The notes below the pieces were generated by a model. That model was not told the DNA's origin. It made no database searches and was given only the letters and a program-made list of their open reading frames with translations. A DNA stretch of 64,000 nucleotides. Origin: Candidatus Cloacimonadota bacterium (GTDB taxonomy: Bacteria; Cloacimonadota; Cloacimonadia; JGIOTU-2). Both the position numbers and the translations under genes were made by a program. The stretch spans positions 4,859 through 68,858 of the forward strand of contig JAYEOL010000022.1 in assembly GCA_034722995.1 (NCBI GenBank). Reading direction: 5' to 3'. Below are positions 40,218 to 51,512 of this stretch, piece by piece. The first letter of the stretch is position 1. Every line of letters starts with the position of its first letter.

Positions 40218-41168
40218 TTGGCGAAATTATTCTTTTCAGTTGATGTTCACGGCGCAAATAGTGTTTGGAGAAAATGGCTGCGGATTCCCGAACTTTATGG
40301 AGTTGATGCACTTCTATTATGTGGTGATCTAACTGGAAAATCACTTGTTCCCTTAATTGAAAAAGGAAAAGGTAAATACAATGCCTATTATTTTGGGAGA
40401 AATTGGACTCTGGAAAAAGGAAAAGAAGCGGATGAAATGGAAAAGCGAATTCAGGATGCAGGAGCTTATACATTGAGATGCAATTCCGACAAAATTAAAG
40501 AACTTGAAAATAATCCTGAACAAGTTGAAAAACTGATGATGCAAATGATAAAAGATAGAATTCATTATTGGATGGAAATGCTCATCGCTAAGATCGATCT
40601 TTCCAAAGTTGATGTAGTTGCTATGCCCGGAAATGATGATGATCATGAAATCGATGAAGTTATAAAATCCTTTGGAGATAAAGGAGTAATTTGGTGTCTG
40701 GATGATGCAATTGATATTCTGGGAATTCCTACTATAAGTCTCGATTATGTAAATCCAACTCCGTGGGACACACCAAGAGAAGATAATGAGAAAGGAATGA
40801 AAAAACGTCTTAAGAAACTTATTAAAAAACTCGATGACCCATCTCAATCAATTTTCAATTTTCACGCACCTCCCTATGGAACCATGCTCGATCTTGCTCC
40901 AGAACTCGATGCAAATAAAAAACCGGTAACTGTTGCCGGACAGGTAAATTTTGTGCATGTCGGCTGTAAAGCTGTTACAGAAGCTATTGAAAAATATCAG
41001 CCATTAATTGGGCTTCACGGACATATTCACGAATCATACGGTCATGATAAGATCGGAAATACTCCGGTTGTGAATCCGGGCTCTGAATATGGCGAAGGAA
41101 TTTTGCGTGGATTTATTGTCGAAATAAAAGATAAGAAAATTATCAATTATTGGAAAGTAGAAGGTTAA
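40218..41168 (+). CDS. Metallophosphoesterase (calcineurin-like)
   Basis: Metal-ligand motifs GDLTG, GNDDDHE, GHIHES. Confidence 0.75.
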   Translation: MAKLFFSVDVHGANSVWRKWLRIPELYGVDALLLCGDLTGKSLVPLIEKGKGKYNAYYFGRNWTLEKGKEADEMEKRIQDAGAYTLRCNSDKIKELENNPEQVEKLMMQMIKDRIHYWMEMLIAKIDLSKVDVVAMPGNDDDHEIDEVIKSFGDKGVIWCLDDAIDILGIPTISLDYVNPTPWDTPREDNEKGMKKRLKKLIKKLDDPSQSIFNFHAPPYGTMLDLAPELDANKKPVTVAGQVNFVHVGCKAVTEAIEKYQPLIGLHGHIHESYGHDKIGNTPVVNPGSEYGEGILRGFIVEIKDKKIINYWKVEG

Positions 41169-41989
41169 TGATGATCGCCAAAGATATTCCCTGTATTCCT
41201 GATGGAATTGAAATCAATGAAAAATCTTTAAGAAAGCAAGAATCCGCTTTTCTGAAAGTCCTCAATGAAATTATGGAAAAAGCAAAAGAATTTGATGTCA
41301 CAATACGAGTTGTCGGTTCACTTGCTTTCCGAATAAAATGCCCTGATTATAAATATATAGAGTACGAAAATCAACACTATCTCGCTGATATTGATTTTAT
41401 TACTTATTCAAAAGAGATTATAAAAGTTCAGGATGTCTTTTTTGAACTTGGCTGGACAGAAAATCAAAATATTTTAAGACTGTTCGGTGATAAAAGAAGA
41501 ATTTTCTATCATCCTGATGAAAACATTCATTCAGATATTTTCATTAATAAATTGAGATTTTGTCATGAAATTGATCTTAAGAAAAGATTAAAAATCGATT
41601 ATCCAACAGTAAGTTTGATTGATCTACTTTTAGGGAAGCTTCAAATTGTCGAAATTAACAAGAAGGATTTAGTAGATACGGTGGTTCTTCTCAGCCAGTT
41701 TCCAATTTCCAAAACAGACAATAATACTGATGAGATAGACGGACATTATTTAGCAAAATTATGTTCCGGAGATTGGGGCTGGTGGAAGACAGCAACTTCC
41801 AACATCGAAAAGACAAGAAAATTTGCTAATGAACACCTTACTAAAAATGACGCCGATAAAGTAAAAGAAAAACTAGATATTTTATCTCGTCTAATAGAAG
41901 AGAAACCTAAAACTTTGAAATGGAAAATGCGTTCTAAAATTGGTGATAAAATGAAATGGTATCGAGAAGTTGAAGAAGTTGAGAGATGA
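41150..41989 (+). CDS. Nucleotidyltransferase-fold protein inside the amino-acid cluster
   Basis: VVGSLAFRIKCPDYKYIEYENQHYLADIDFITY fits hG[GS]..x(9-13)..DhD. The likely start is the ATG at 41168. Confidence 0.55.
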   Translation: MESRRLMMIAKDIPCIPDGIEINEKSLRKQESAFLKVLNEIMEKAKEFDVTIRVVGSLAFRIKCPDYKYIEYENQHYLADIDFITYSKEIIKVQDVFFELGWTENQNILRLFGDKRRIFYHPDENIHSDIFINKLRFCHEIDLKKRLKIDYPTVSLIDLLLGKLQIVEINKKDLVDTVVLLSQFPISKTDNNTDEIDGHYLAKLCSGDWGWWKTATSNIEKTRKFANEHLTKNDADKVKEKLDILSRLIEEKPKTLKWKMRSKIGDKMKWYREVEEVER

Positions 41990-42027
41990 TAACCAAAATT
42001 AATAATTAATAAAACTAGGAGAAAAAA

Positions 42028-43512
42028 ATGTTTTCAAAAAATGAATTATGTAAAACATTTATTAATGATGTTAATGAACATCCGGAAAGAATAAATGTTT
42101 CGATTGAAAGAATCGAAGAAGTATTAAAAATGGTCATAGGAGAAGAAAAAGCAGAAAATATCTGTAATAATAAGTTATTCAATGTTAAGAATAAACGAGC
42201 ACAAATAGAAGAGGAAAAAGCTAATTCGATTTGTGATTTAATATTAGAGAATATCAACTATGATCAACTGCAAAGAATAATATTAATGTTTCAGGATTCG
42301 GAAATTTCAACACAAGAAGCAATTGAACTTCATGAGAAATTTAAAATTCCTGTATCTCACCTTGAAAAAGATATTATTCCTGTTCGTGGAGAAGGTGCGT
42401 GGATTGTAAGTAATCAAGGAAAAACATATTTAGATATGGATAGTAACTATAGTGCTACAAATCTTGGTATGAATAATGAAGAAATTGCCAAAGGATTATA
42501 TAATCAGGCATCTCAATTAATTTCTATGAAAGAAGATAGAGTGCACATCCCCAGATCTCGATTTCTGAAAAGAATCATGGGAATGATGCCAGAAGGACTT
42601 ACGAATTTTTATTGGCAAAATAGTGGTGGTGAAGCTGTAGATAAATCAATCAAGATTGCAAAAGCCTTCACTGGTCATCGTGGTGTCATTGCATTAGAAA
42701 ATGGCTTTCACGGTAGAACTCATGGTGCTTTAGCTGTAACTTACAATTTAAAGTATAGAAAACCCTTTGGATTGGAGAATGAAGATTGGGTTCATTTTGT
42801 TAAACCGGGAGAGATTGATGAAATAGAAGATTTGTTTAAAGAAAATAAAGCAAGATCAATTATTTTAGAACTGGTACAAGGAGAAGAAGCTGGTATTAAT
42901 CCTCTAGAGAAGGGCTTTGTTAGCAGGATAAGAAAAATATGCGATAAATACAATGGAGTAATGATTTGTGATGAGGTGCAAACCGGTTTTGGTCGCGTAG
43001 CAGAAAAAGAAGGAGAATGGTTCGCAAGTCACACTTATAATGTTATTCCTGATATTATGGTAATTGGAAAATCATTCGGTGGCGGATATCCTGTTACTGC
43101 TGTAGTTTCAAACGATAAAATATCCGATGCAATGAAAGGCGGATATGATGGTTCAACATTCGGAGGAAATCCAATGGCTATGGTTGCTGCTCTGATAGCA
43201 ACGAGACAAATGCGGGAATTGAATATAACAAAAAATGTTGTAGAAAGGTCTAAGCAGATTTTTGATGGATTAGACAAAATTGACAAAAAATTTGATATTT
43301 TTTCAAATCCACACGGTATGGGAATGATGATCGGTTTTGATTTACCTTCAGCAGATGATGTAAACAAATTCCAGGATTTACTTGTTAAATATAGAGTTAA
43401 ATCATCATTATCAACGAATAACACTGTTAGATTTCTTCCTCCTTTGATTCTTTCTGAAATTGAAGGAAAATTTTTATTATCTGCAATTGAGAAAGCATTA
43501 GAAGACATGTAA
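42028..43512 (+). CDS. Class III PLP aminotransferase (acetylornithine/ornithine/GABA type) with an N-terminal extension of about 100 aa
   Basis: ICDEVQTGFGR, PLP-lysine GKSFGGG. Confidence 0.8.
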   Translation: MFSKNELCKTFINDVNEHPERINVSIERIEEVLKMVIGEEKAENICNNKLFNVKNKRAQIEEEKANSICDLILENINYDQLQRIILMFQDSEISTQEAIELHEKFKIPVSHLEKDIIPVRGEGAWIVSNQGKTYLDMDSNYSATNLGMNNEEIAKGLYNQASQLISMKEDRVHIPRSRFLKRIMGMMPEGLTNFYWQNSGGEAVDKSIKIAKAFTGHRGVIALENGFHGRTHGALAVTYNLKYRKPFGLENEDWVHFVKPGEIDEIEDLFKENKARSIILELVQGEEAGINPLEKGFVSRIRKICDKYNGVMICDEVQTGFGRVAEKEGEWFASHTYNVIPDIMVIGKSFGGGYPVTAVVSNDKISDAMKGGYDGSTFGGNPMAMVAALIATRQMRELNITKNVVERSKQIFDGLDKIDKKFDIFSNPHGMGMMIGFDLPSADDVNKFQDLLVKYRVKSSLSTNNTVRFLPPLILSEIEGKFLLSAIEKALEDM

Positions 43513-43515
43513 TTC

Positions 43516-44667
43516 ATGAATAAAGGGGAGAAAATTAAACTCATAGATTTCCGACAGAAATTACATAAAAATCCAGAGCTTTCAGGAAAAGAAAAAAATA
43601 CATCCGAATATATTATTGAGATATTGAAAAAACTCTCTCCGGACGAAATCATCACTAAAATTGGTGGATTTGGAACTGCTGCAATTTTTGATTCAAAGAA
43701 ACCCGGAAAAACAATAATGTTCCGTGCGGAACTCGATGCTTTGCCTATCATTGAATCAAATAATTTTTCTTATAAAAGCGGGAATACCGGAGTTTCGCAC
43801 AAATGCGGTCACGATGGACACCTGACAATCCTTGTCGGACTTGCAGAGAAAATAAAACTGGAAATCAGCAATCTAAGAGGGAAAATTATCCTCTTATTCC
43901 AACCAGCAGAGGAAATAGCAGAAGGTGCAAAACTTGTTCTAAAAGACCCAAAATTCAGATTACTCAAACCAGATTTTATTTTTGCGTTTCATAATCTTCC
44001 CGGATTTGAAAAAGGTTCAATAATTCTTCGCAAAGGTATTTTTGCATCATCTTCTAAAGGAATGATAGTAAGATTAAAAGGTGAATCTGCTCATGCTGGA
44101 CAGCCCGCAAGCGGCAATAATCCAGTTCTTGCAATGATTGCTATCATTAAAGGCTTGATAGCAATTCCACAGAAGTTTACTTCTTTAAACAATTCTGCTC
44201 TGATAACAATAATTCACGCGAAATTAGGAGAAAGGGCTTTCGGTACTTCGCCTGGATATGCTCAAGTTATGGCTACATTCCGTTCTCACAAAGATGAAGA
44301 TATGAAAATTATGACTCAAAAAGCAATTTCACTTGTAAAAGAAAAAGCAATAACAGCTAATTTGGATTATGAAATAGAATGGGTTGAATATTTCCCGGCA
44401 ATTGTTAATAATGATGAATCTGTAGATATTATCGAAGCTGCTGCGAAAAACCTCGGGAAAAAGATCATATATGAAAAACATCCTTTCGCCTGGACTGAGG
44501 ATTTTTCCTATTTTACACAAAAATTCAAAGGAGCTTTTTTCGGTTTAGGTTCAGGGAAAGATATTCCGCAACTGCATAATTCAAACTATGATTTTCCCGA
44601 TGATATTATTGAAGATGGGATTAACATCTTTTTTGAAATAATAAATGAGGTTCAAAGGAGAAAATGA
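43516..44667 (+). CDS. M20D-family amidohydrolase (N-acyl-amino acid amidohydrolase/hippuricase-like)
   Basis: HKCGHDGH metal-binding motif; 383 aa. Confidence 0.8.
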   Translation: MNKGEKIKLIDFRQKLHKNPELSGKEKNTSEYIIEILKKLSPDEIITKIGGFGTAAIFDSKKPGKTIMFRAELDALPIIESNNFSYKSGNTGVSHKCGHDGHLTILVGLAEKIKLEISNLRGKIILLFQPAEEIAEGAKLVLKDPKFRLLKPDFIFAFHNLPGFEKGSIILRKGIFASSSKGMIVRLKGESAHAGQPASGNNPVLAMIAIIKGLIAIPQKFTSLNNSALITIIHAKLGERAFGTSPGYAQVMATFRSHKDEDMKIMTQKAISLVKEKAITANLDYEIEWVEYFPAIVNNDESVDIIEAAAKNLGKKIIYEKHPFAWTEDFSYFTQKFKGAFFGLGSGKDIPQLHNSNYDFPDDIIEDGINIFFEIINEVQRRK

Positions 44668-45833
44668 AAAAGATAATGCATTCTTCTTACATAGAATTAG
44701 ATCAGAAAGCTCTCAAGCAAAATATAAAATATCTAAAAAAAAGATTTGGAAATTCCGTGAAGTTTGCATCGGTAATAAAAGTAAATGCTTATGGACACGG
44801 GATAAAAGAATTTATTCCAATGGCAGAATCATGCGGTATAGATTATTTTGCCGTTTTTGATGCTTATGAAGCTGAAATAGCTTATAAAGTAAAAAATCCC
44901 AATACAGCATTGATGATTATGGGAATGATAGACAATTCTGATTTGAACTAGGCAATTAAAAATGATATTTCTTTCTATGTTTTTGAGTTAGATCGTTTGG
45001 AGCAAGCAATAAAAACTGCAAAAAAAATAAATAAAAAAGCGAAAATTCATATTGAATTAGAAACAGGACTAAACCGAACAGGATTTGAAAACGAGGAGCT
45101 GGAAAAAGCTGTTCATTTAATCCTGAAGAATAGAGAATATCTTTTTATCGAAGGTATTTGCACTCATTATGCAGGAGCAGAAACAATTGCAAATTATGTT
45201 AGAGTTCAAGAACAATTTAAACAATTCAATAAACTTACTCGTTTGTTAGCAGAAAAAGGAATTGTTCCAAAATATCGTCATACTGCTAGTTCGTCTGCTG
45301 CTCTAATTTATCCTCACTCACGGATGGATATGGTTCGTATCGGAATTGCTCAATATGGTTTCTGGCCAAGTATGGAAACAAAAATGTATAATCTACTTGA
45401 TGATGATACAAAGTTTACCCGTGACCCATTACATCAGATTCTTCAATGGAAAAGTAAAATAATGAGCATAAAAATTATAAAACCAGGAAAATTTATTAGC
45501 TATGGAAACTCATTTCTAACCACAAAAACAACAAAAATTGCCACTATACCTATCGGTTATTTCCACGGATATCGACGTAGCCTGAGTAATGTTGGTTTTG
45601 TATTGATCGGAGGTAAAAAAACACCTGTTATTGGTATGGTTAATATGAATATGTTCATTGCAAATGTAAGCTCAACTCCAGAAGCACAAAAAGGTGATGA
45701 AGTGGTGTTAATTGGTAGACAAGGGAAAAATAAAATCAGCGTAGCATCTTTTTCAGAATTATCAAATTTTGTGAATTATGAACTGCTCTCCAGATTGCCT
45801 ATGGAAATTCCTAGATATGTAACTAATAACTAA
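44664..45833 (+). pseudogene. alr: Alanine racemase interrupted by an in-frame TAG at 44949-44951. The two track ORFs 44664-44951 and 44997-45833 are in the same frame.
   Basis: N-terminal part has the PLP motif VIKVNAYGHG. The C-terminal part has the typical racemase core (IGIAQYGFWPS...). A single stop codon separates them with no frameshift. Confidence 0.7.
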
Positions 45834-45854
45834 TTATAAATAATATATCTCTTT

Positions 45855-45983
45855 TATGTTCGACATCATTATTAAAAACGGAACCATCTATGACGGAACT
45901 TTATCAGAACCTTTTGTTTCTGATATTGGAATAATTGGGGATAAAATAGATGCTAAAAGCTTACTGTCTATATTCTGTTTGTG
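45855..45983 (+). pseudogene. Remnant of the N-terminus of a D-aminoacylase/amidohydrolase-family gene, with a +1 frameshift
   Basis: MFDIIIKNGTIYDGT... then, after one extra T, ...LSEPFVSDIGIIGDKI. Confidence 0.45.
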
Positions 45984-46192
45984 ATGGTTCAAAACTTATT
46001 GGCTATCTTAGTGTTATAAGTGATGGAATTGCTGATGCTTTTTTGGTAAACCTAATGGTTCATCTAGAATATCAATATCAGGGTAAAGAAATTGGAAAAC
46101 CAATGATAATCCGTCCTATTTTAGATTTGAGTTTAGATTTGAAGGATGAATGTGTTAAGTGTAGGCAGATTTTATTCAATACTGAATTATAG
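45950..46192 (+). pseudogene. C-terminal fragment of a GNAT acetyltransferase
   Basis: 80-aa ORF with ...GYLSVISDGIADAFLVNLMVHLEYQYQGKEIGK. No N-terminal half. Confidence 0.4.
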
Positions 46193-47200
46193 ACTTTTTA
46201 TAAACAGTTTAGTTTTCATATTTTAAAAGCAGGCATCATTGACAATGGTAAAATGAAGTTGCCATTTTAGATGCTAAACTCTCCACCTAAATCTTTTAAA
46301 TCCGAAAGAGGATAAACCTGTTTCTACCCACCAACTGACAGGTATCCCTTCCCCGATTTACTCGGGGATAATTGTGGATGGCTTTTCATCCTTCGCAGTA
46401 GCACTGCTACGGAGAATGGATATCCCCAATCAAAATAAAGTGAAAGTTATTTCCAATGGGAAAGATCTATTTCTAAAGCCCTTACTTTTTTTAAAAAAGT
46501 TAAACGAAACTCAATTTTTGGTAAATTAGAAATCGAAATAATCAAATTCTTTTGAAATATTACCTTTAATAGATTTTCTTAACTCTCTAATTTTATTGAA
46601 AGACATTTCTGATAGTTTTATTTTAGGAGTAATAAAAATTTTTACTTCTATGTTATCGGGAAAAGGAATATTGTCTAATTCTAAATCTCCTATCCGGGAA
46701 GGTATTATGAATTGTTTTTTTATCATCTAAAGTCATCACACGAAGAAATTTGTCACCCAACTCAGGGATTATACCCAAAAAGGATATCTATTACCTTCCT
46801 GTCTTTCTACTTTAATTGGTTTCTCTAAAACCCGAATATACTATTCCTTTTTAAGATAAGGTCGTTTTATCAAAAACTTACTTTCAAAATATTTGGTCCG
46901 CCAACTGGCGGATATTTTAACATCACATACCTTATTTACTGAAGTTTTTGTTCATAATAAAAGAATTTCTGTCTAACTAATAATTATACTGCATATTCCA
47001 GTCTAACATCCTATCTTATTCGTTAACAACTCAATTATATAATGCAAGTTACCAAAATAAATAAATGAGAGAAAACTTGTATTATATTTAATCAAAATAA
47101 TTTATTTAAAAAGAAGTGTAAATTAAAAAGAATTAATTTTTGCTTGACATTAAAATTTAAAGAGACAATTTCAGTGTACTTTTCAATGGAAAAGTGAAAA

Positions 47201-47512
47201 ATGAGAAAAAAAATAATTATTATAATACTTGGTTTTTTGTTTTTGCCAACATTATACTTTTCTAATGAAGTTGAATCCATACCTGATTTGTCATTCAGGC
47301 TTGATTTACCGGTTCTTAGAATATTAACTCCTGAATCTACAATATTAGAATGTGATTCTAATGAGACAGATGATGTATTTGGTCCCATGAAAAAGAAAGG
47401 GGATAATCCCTCAAAGAAAGGTGAAGAAGAGCAGCGCATAGAGCGTCGTGGTCATAGAATACGAATTGTTGTGCAAAAAAAAGGCAAGAAATCAATAATC
47501 CAGGGAAGATAA
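47201..47512 (+). CDS. Hypothetical small secreted protein with a basic C-terminus
   Basis: Signal peptide MRKKIIIIILGFLFLPTLYFS, then a low-complexity K/R-rich tail. Confidence 0.35.
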   Translation: MRKKIIIIILGFLFLPTLYFSNEVESIPDLSFRLDLPVLRILTPESTILECDSNETDDVFGPMKKKGDNPSKKGEEEQRIERRGHRIRIVVQKKGKKSIIQGR

Positions 47513-47621
47513 GCAATTCCTTTTATTGCTGTAAAAATAGCTGGCTGAAATATCAGTTTAGCTATTTTTCTATAAATTTTGAAGATTAATAAAACAAATA
47601 AATAAGGAAGGATAAAAATCT

Positions 47622-48881
47622 ATGTATGATATAAGAGATTTAAGCCTAGCCAAAAAAGGATTAGAAAGAATCCAATGGGCTGAAAAAAATATGCCCGTAA
47701 TACGAAAAATACGAACAAGATTTGAAAAAGAAAAGACCCTGGAAAATATTAGAATTGGAAGCTGCTTACATGTAACTACTGAGACTGCTAATTTGATGCG
47801 GACTTTAAAAGCAGGCGGAGCTAAAGTCAGACTTTGTGCTTCTAATCCACTTTCAACTCAAGATGATGTTGCTGCTGCACTTGTTAAATATTTTGATATT
47901 GATGTTTATGCAATCACTGGTGAGGACAATAAAACTTATTATGAGCACATTGACAGCGTATTGGAATTTAATCCGCAGATTACACAAGATGATGGCTGTG
48001 ATTTGGTTTCAACAATTCATTCAAAATATCCTGAAAAATGCAAAGATGCAATTGGTGGTAGTGAGGAAACCACTACAGGTATAATTAGACTTCATAGTAT
48101 GCATAATGATGGTGCTTTGAAATATCCAATCATTGCAGTAAATGATGCAAAAACAAAACATTTTTTTGATAACCGTTATGGCACTGGACAAAGTACAATT
48201 GATGGTATTATAAGAGCTACTGATATGCTTATTGCCGGTTCTACTGTTGTAATTGCTGGTTATGGCTGGTGTGGAAGAGGCTTTGCAATGCGAGCTAAAG
48301 GTATGGGTGCAAATGTCATTATCACAGAAGTTGACCATCTGAAGGCAATTGAAGCTGTATTAGATGGTTTTCGTGTGATGAAAATGATTAATGCAGTCCC
48401 CCTTGGCGACCTGTTCGTTACTCTTACAGGAGATATAAATGTTATTGATATTCATCATATAAAGAAAATGAAAGATGGAGCGATTATATGCAACTCCGGA
48501 CATTTTGATGTGGAAATAAATTTAAAAGAATTAAATAAAATTTGTGAGAGCAAGAAAAAAGTCAGAGAATTTGTTGATGAATATAAAATTGATGGCAAGA
48601 GTATCTATGTTTTAGCAGAAGGAAGACTGATAAATCTGGCTGCTGCAAACGGACATCCTGCTGCTGTTATGGATATGAGTTTTGCTAATCAATCTTTAGT
48701 TGCTGAATATTTTGTTAAAAAATTCAAAAATGGTGAGAAATTACCAATTAAAGTAATGCCTGTTCCTAAAGATATTGATGACCATATTGCTGAACTTAAA
48801 CTTGAATCTATGAATATAAAGATAGATGAGCTGACAAAAGAGCAGAAGAAGTATTTAGCCTCCTGGTCAATTGGAACATAA
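47622..48881 (+). CDS. ahcY: Adenosylhomocysteinase
   Basis: DNRYGTGQS and NAD-binding GYGWCGRG; 419 aa. Confidence 0.9.
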   Translation: MYDIRDLSLAKKGLERIQWAEKNMPVIRKIRTRFEKEKTLENIRIGSCLHVTTETANLMRTLKAGGAKVRLCASNPLSTQDDVAAALVKYFDIDVYAITGEDNKTYYEHIDSVLEFNPQITQDDGCDLVSTIHSKYPEKCKDAIGGSEETTTGIIRLHSMHNDGALKYPIIAVNDAKTKHFFDNRYGTGQSTIDGIIRATDMLIAGSTVVIAGYGWCGRGFAMRAKGMGANVIITEVDHLKAIEAVLDGFRVMKMINAVPLGDLFVTLTGDINVIDIHHIKKMKDGAIICNSGHFDVEINLKELNKICESKKKVREFVDEYKIDGKSIYVLAEGRLINLAAANGHPAAVMDMSFANQSLVAEYFVKKFKNGEKLPIKVMPVPKDIDDHIAELKLESMNIKIDELTKEQKKYLASWSIGT

Positions 48882-48917
48882 ATAAAATGATATAATTCAA
48901 ATTACAAATAACTTGAT

Positions 48918-49148
48918 ATGAAGTATGCTGATATTGCCAAAAAGTGGAAAAATTTTAACAACTGGAAGACAGCATATACATTAACCCGTATTAGCAAGAT
49001 GTCTCCTGAAGAAAGGGTAAACGAATATTTTGCCTTGATGTTGACTTTCTACAGATTACATCCTGAAGAAAAAGGCAAGATTCATTGGGATAAGATGGAA
49101 TATTACCAAAATTTACAAAAGAAATTTACATCATGCAAAAAACATTAA
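48918..49148 (+). CDS. Small partner protein of the NTase module (family member 1)
   Basis: 76 aa. Shares the [ST]PE[EQ][RK] motif with the other partners (…MSPEERVNEYFALMLTF…). Overlaps the downstream NTase gene. Confidence 0.45.
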   Translation: MKYADIAKKWKNFNNWKTAYTLTRISKMSPEERVNEYFALMLTFYRLHPEEKGKIHWDKMEYYQNLQKKFTSCKKH

Positions 49149-49687
49149 GAAAGATCATCAGCCATTTAAGTGAAAATAGGGTAGAGTATGCTGTAATTGG
49201 AGGACTTGCTAATTCTTTTTATGGTAATCCACGAGCAACACAAGACATAGACATTCTGATTAGTTGTGAGAATAACAGACAATCTTTACTCATAAGCCAA
49301 TTAGAAAGGCAATATACAATTTTACCCAAGAATCCTCTTGAATTTATCCAGCAAACAAAAGTTTTACCTATAAAGGATAAACAAACTAATGTTACAATTG
49401 ATTTAGTCTTTTCTTTGATATCCTTTGAAGATGCCGCTATAAAGAAGGCAAAAAAGATAAAGATATTTGATATTGACACAAGAATAATAACTCTGGAAAA
49501 TTTGATAATAATGAAACTTGTTTCAGATAGGATAAAGGATATTGATGATGTTAAATTTTTAGTGAAAAGCAATATGGAAAAAATTGATTGGAAATATTTA
49601 GAAACAGAAGTGGAGGAGCTCTCACTTCTTTTAGAGACTAATACAATAATGAAAAAGTTCAATGAGTTCAGAAAGGAAGGAAGATGA
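49133..49687 (+). CDS. AbiEii-like / minimal nucleotidyltransferase-fold protein (module copy 1)
   Basis: [24 protein letters not shown] fits GG.A..x..YG..R.T.DID. Its stop overlaps the metK start (ATGA). Confidence 0.6.
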   Translation: MQKTLRKIISHLSENRVEYAVIGGLANSFYGNPRATQDIDILISCENNRQSLLISQLERQYTILPKNPLEFIQQTKVLPIKDKQTNVTIDLVFSLISFEDAAIKKAKKIKIFDIDTRIITLENLIIMKLVSDRIKDIDDVKFLVKSNMEKIDWKYLETEVEELSLLLETNTIMKKFNEFRKEGR

Positions 49688-50844
49688 ATCAGAGTAAACA
49701 CATATTTACTTCTGAATCGGTCACAGAAGGACATCCAGATAAAATTGCTGACCAGATTTCTGATGCAATTTTGGATGAAGTTTTACGATGTGACTCCGAA
49801 GGCAGAGTTGCCTGTGAGACATTTGTTACAACAGGATTGGTGTTAGTCGGTGGAGAAATAACAACAAAATGTTATGTTGATATTCCCAAAATTGTAAGAG
49901 AAACTGTTAAAGAGATTGGTTATACTAAACCAGAGTTAGGATTTGATTATCGGACAACTGCTGTATTATCTACAATCAATAGGCAGTCTCCTGATATAGC
50001 ATTAGGTGTTAATAAAACAGATACTCACGAACAGGGTGCAGGCGACCAGGGTATGATGTTTGGATATGCTTGCAATGAAACTTCAGAGCTTATGCCTATA
50101 CCAATAATGTTAGCTCATAAATTAGTGAGAAGATTAGCTGAAGTCAGGAAAGATGGAATACTAATATACTTAAAGCCAGATGGTAAATCTCAAGTGTCTA
50201 TTGAATACGAAGATGGTATTCCACAAAGGATTGTTGATATTGTAATATCTGCTCATCACTCACCTGATATAGAAATTGGACAACTGAGAAACGATATATC
50301 AGAACAAGTTATTAAACATGTAATATCGTCAGATTTGTGGAATGAAGATATTAAGATTCATATTAATCCAACTGGTAGATTTGTAATAGGTGGTCCGATG
50401 GGTGATACTGGCTTGACAGGCAGGAAGATAATTGTAGACACTTATGGAGGTAAAGGGAGTCATGGCGGAGGATGTTTCTCAGGCAAAGACCCGTCTAAGG
50501 TTGATAGAAGCGGTTCTTACATGGCAAGATATATTGCGAAAAATATAGTTGCTGCCAATCTTGCGACAGAATGCGAACTGCAATTAGCTTATGCCATTGG
50601 CGTGCCAGAACCAGTAAGTGTAACTATAGATACATTTGGGACTGGAAAGATACCTGATGAAGAATTAGCAAGAATCGTCAGAAAAGTCTTTCCGCTTAAA
50701 CCTGCTGAAATTATTGAATATTTAAATCTAAAAAGACCAATTTACAAAAAAACAGCAGCTTACGGCCATTTTGGTAGAACAGAAGAGACTTTTACATGGG
50801 AAAAAGTTGACAAGGTAAAAGAAATAAATAAATATTTAGTCTGA
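49684..50844 (+). CDS. metK: S-adenosylmethionine synthetase
   Basis: [37 protein letters not shown]. Confidence 0.9.
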   Translation: MNQSKHIFTSESVTEGHPDKIADQISDAILDEVLRCDSEGRVACETFVTTGLVLVGGEITTKCYVDIPKIVRETVKEIGYTKPELGFDYRTTAVLSTINRQSPDIALGVNKTDTHEQGAGDQGMMFGYACNETSELMPIPIMLAHKLVRRLAEVRKDGILIYLKPDGKSQVSIEYEDGIPQRIVDIVISAHHSPDIEIGQLRNDISEQVIKHVISSDLWNEDIKIHINPTGRFVIGGPMGDTGLTGRKIIVDTYGGKGSHGGGCFSGKDPSKVDRSGSYMARYIAKNIVAANLATECELQLAYAIGVPEPVSVTIDTFGTGKIPDEELARIVRKVFPLKPAEIIEYLNLKRPIYKKTAAYGHFGRTEETFTWEKVDKVKEINKYLV

Positions 50845-50871
50845 TTTACTTACTAAAAAGGGCTAAGCAAC

Positions 50872-51411
50872 ATGAATAATAATTCTGAAGTTGCTGAAAT
50901 TTATGGTGATTTGGATATTCCAAATGATGGAACAAAATGGTATGCAATTTATACCAAATCACGGCACGAAAAGAAAGTGGCAAAAAGTTGCAAAGATTAT
51001 AAAATATCATATTATTTGCCTTTGCAGGACAGTATTAGACATTATAAAAACAGAGTTGTTATTTTTAAAAAACCATTATTTTCAAGCTATATCTTTTGTA
51101 GATGTGATTCTAAATCTAAAAAAGATTTATACTATACAGGTCATATATGTAAATTCATAGAAGCATTCAATCAGAAAAAATTTATCAGCGAATTACAACA
51201 AATATATAATATAAAAGAACAAAGTGCTAATTTACTTCCACATTCTTTTCTAAAAAAAGGAAAAAGAGTTAAAATTATAAGAGGTCCTTTTAAAGATTTT
51301 GAGGGAAAAATATCACATTATAAGGGGAAATACAAATTTGTTATCAACCTTGAATTAATCAAACAAGCTGTAGCTGTTGAAATTGATACTCGGGATATCT
51401 ATTTAGTCTAA
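50872..51411 (+). CDS. UpxY-family (NusG-like) transcription antiterminator
   Basis: NGN domain WYAIYTKSRHEKKVAK...YLPL. KOW motif KGKRVKIIRGPFKDFEGKI. Confidence 0.75.
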   Translation: MNNNSEVAEIYGDLDIPNDGTKWYAIYTKSRHEKKVAKSCKDYKISYYLPLQDSIRHYKNRVVIFKKPLFSSYIFCRCDSKSKKDLYYTGHICKFIEAFNQKKFISELQQIYNIKEQSANLLPHSFLKKGKRVKIIRGPFKDFEGKISHYKGKYKFVINLELIKQAVAVEIDTRDIYLV

Positions 51412-51512
51412 ATTTTATTTAATAAATTATGTAATTTGCATAATACTAATCAGTTGCGAAAAATAAAAATTGCAACTGACGGGGACGAAGTGCGCCTACT
51501 TGAAAGGATATT

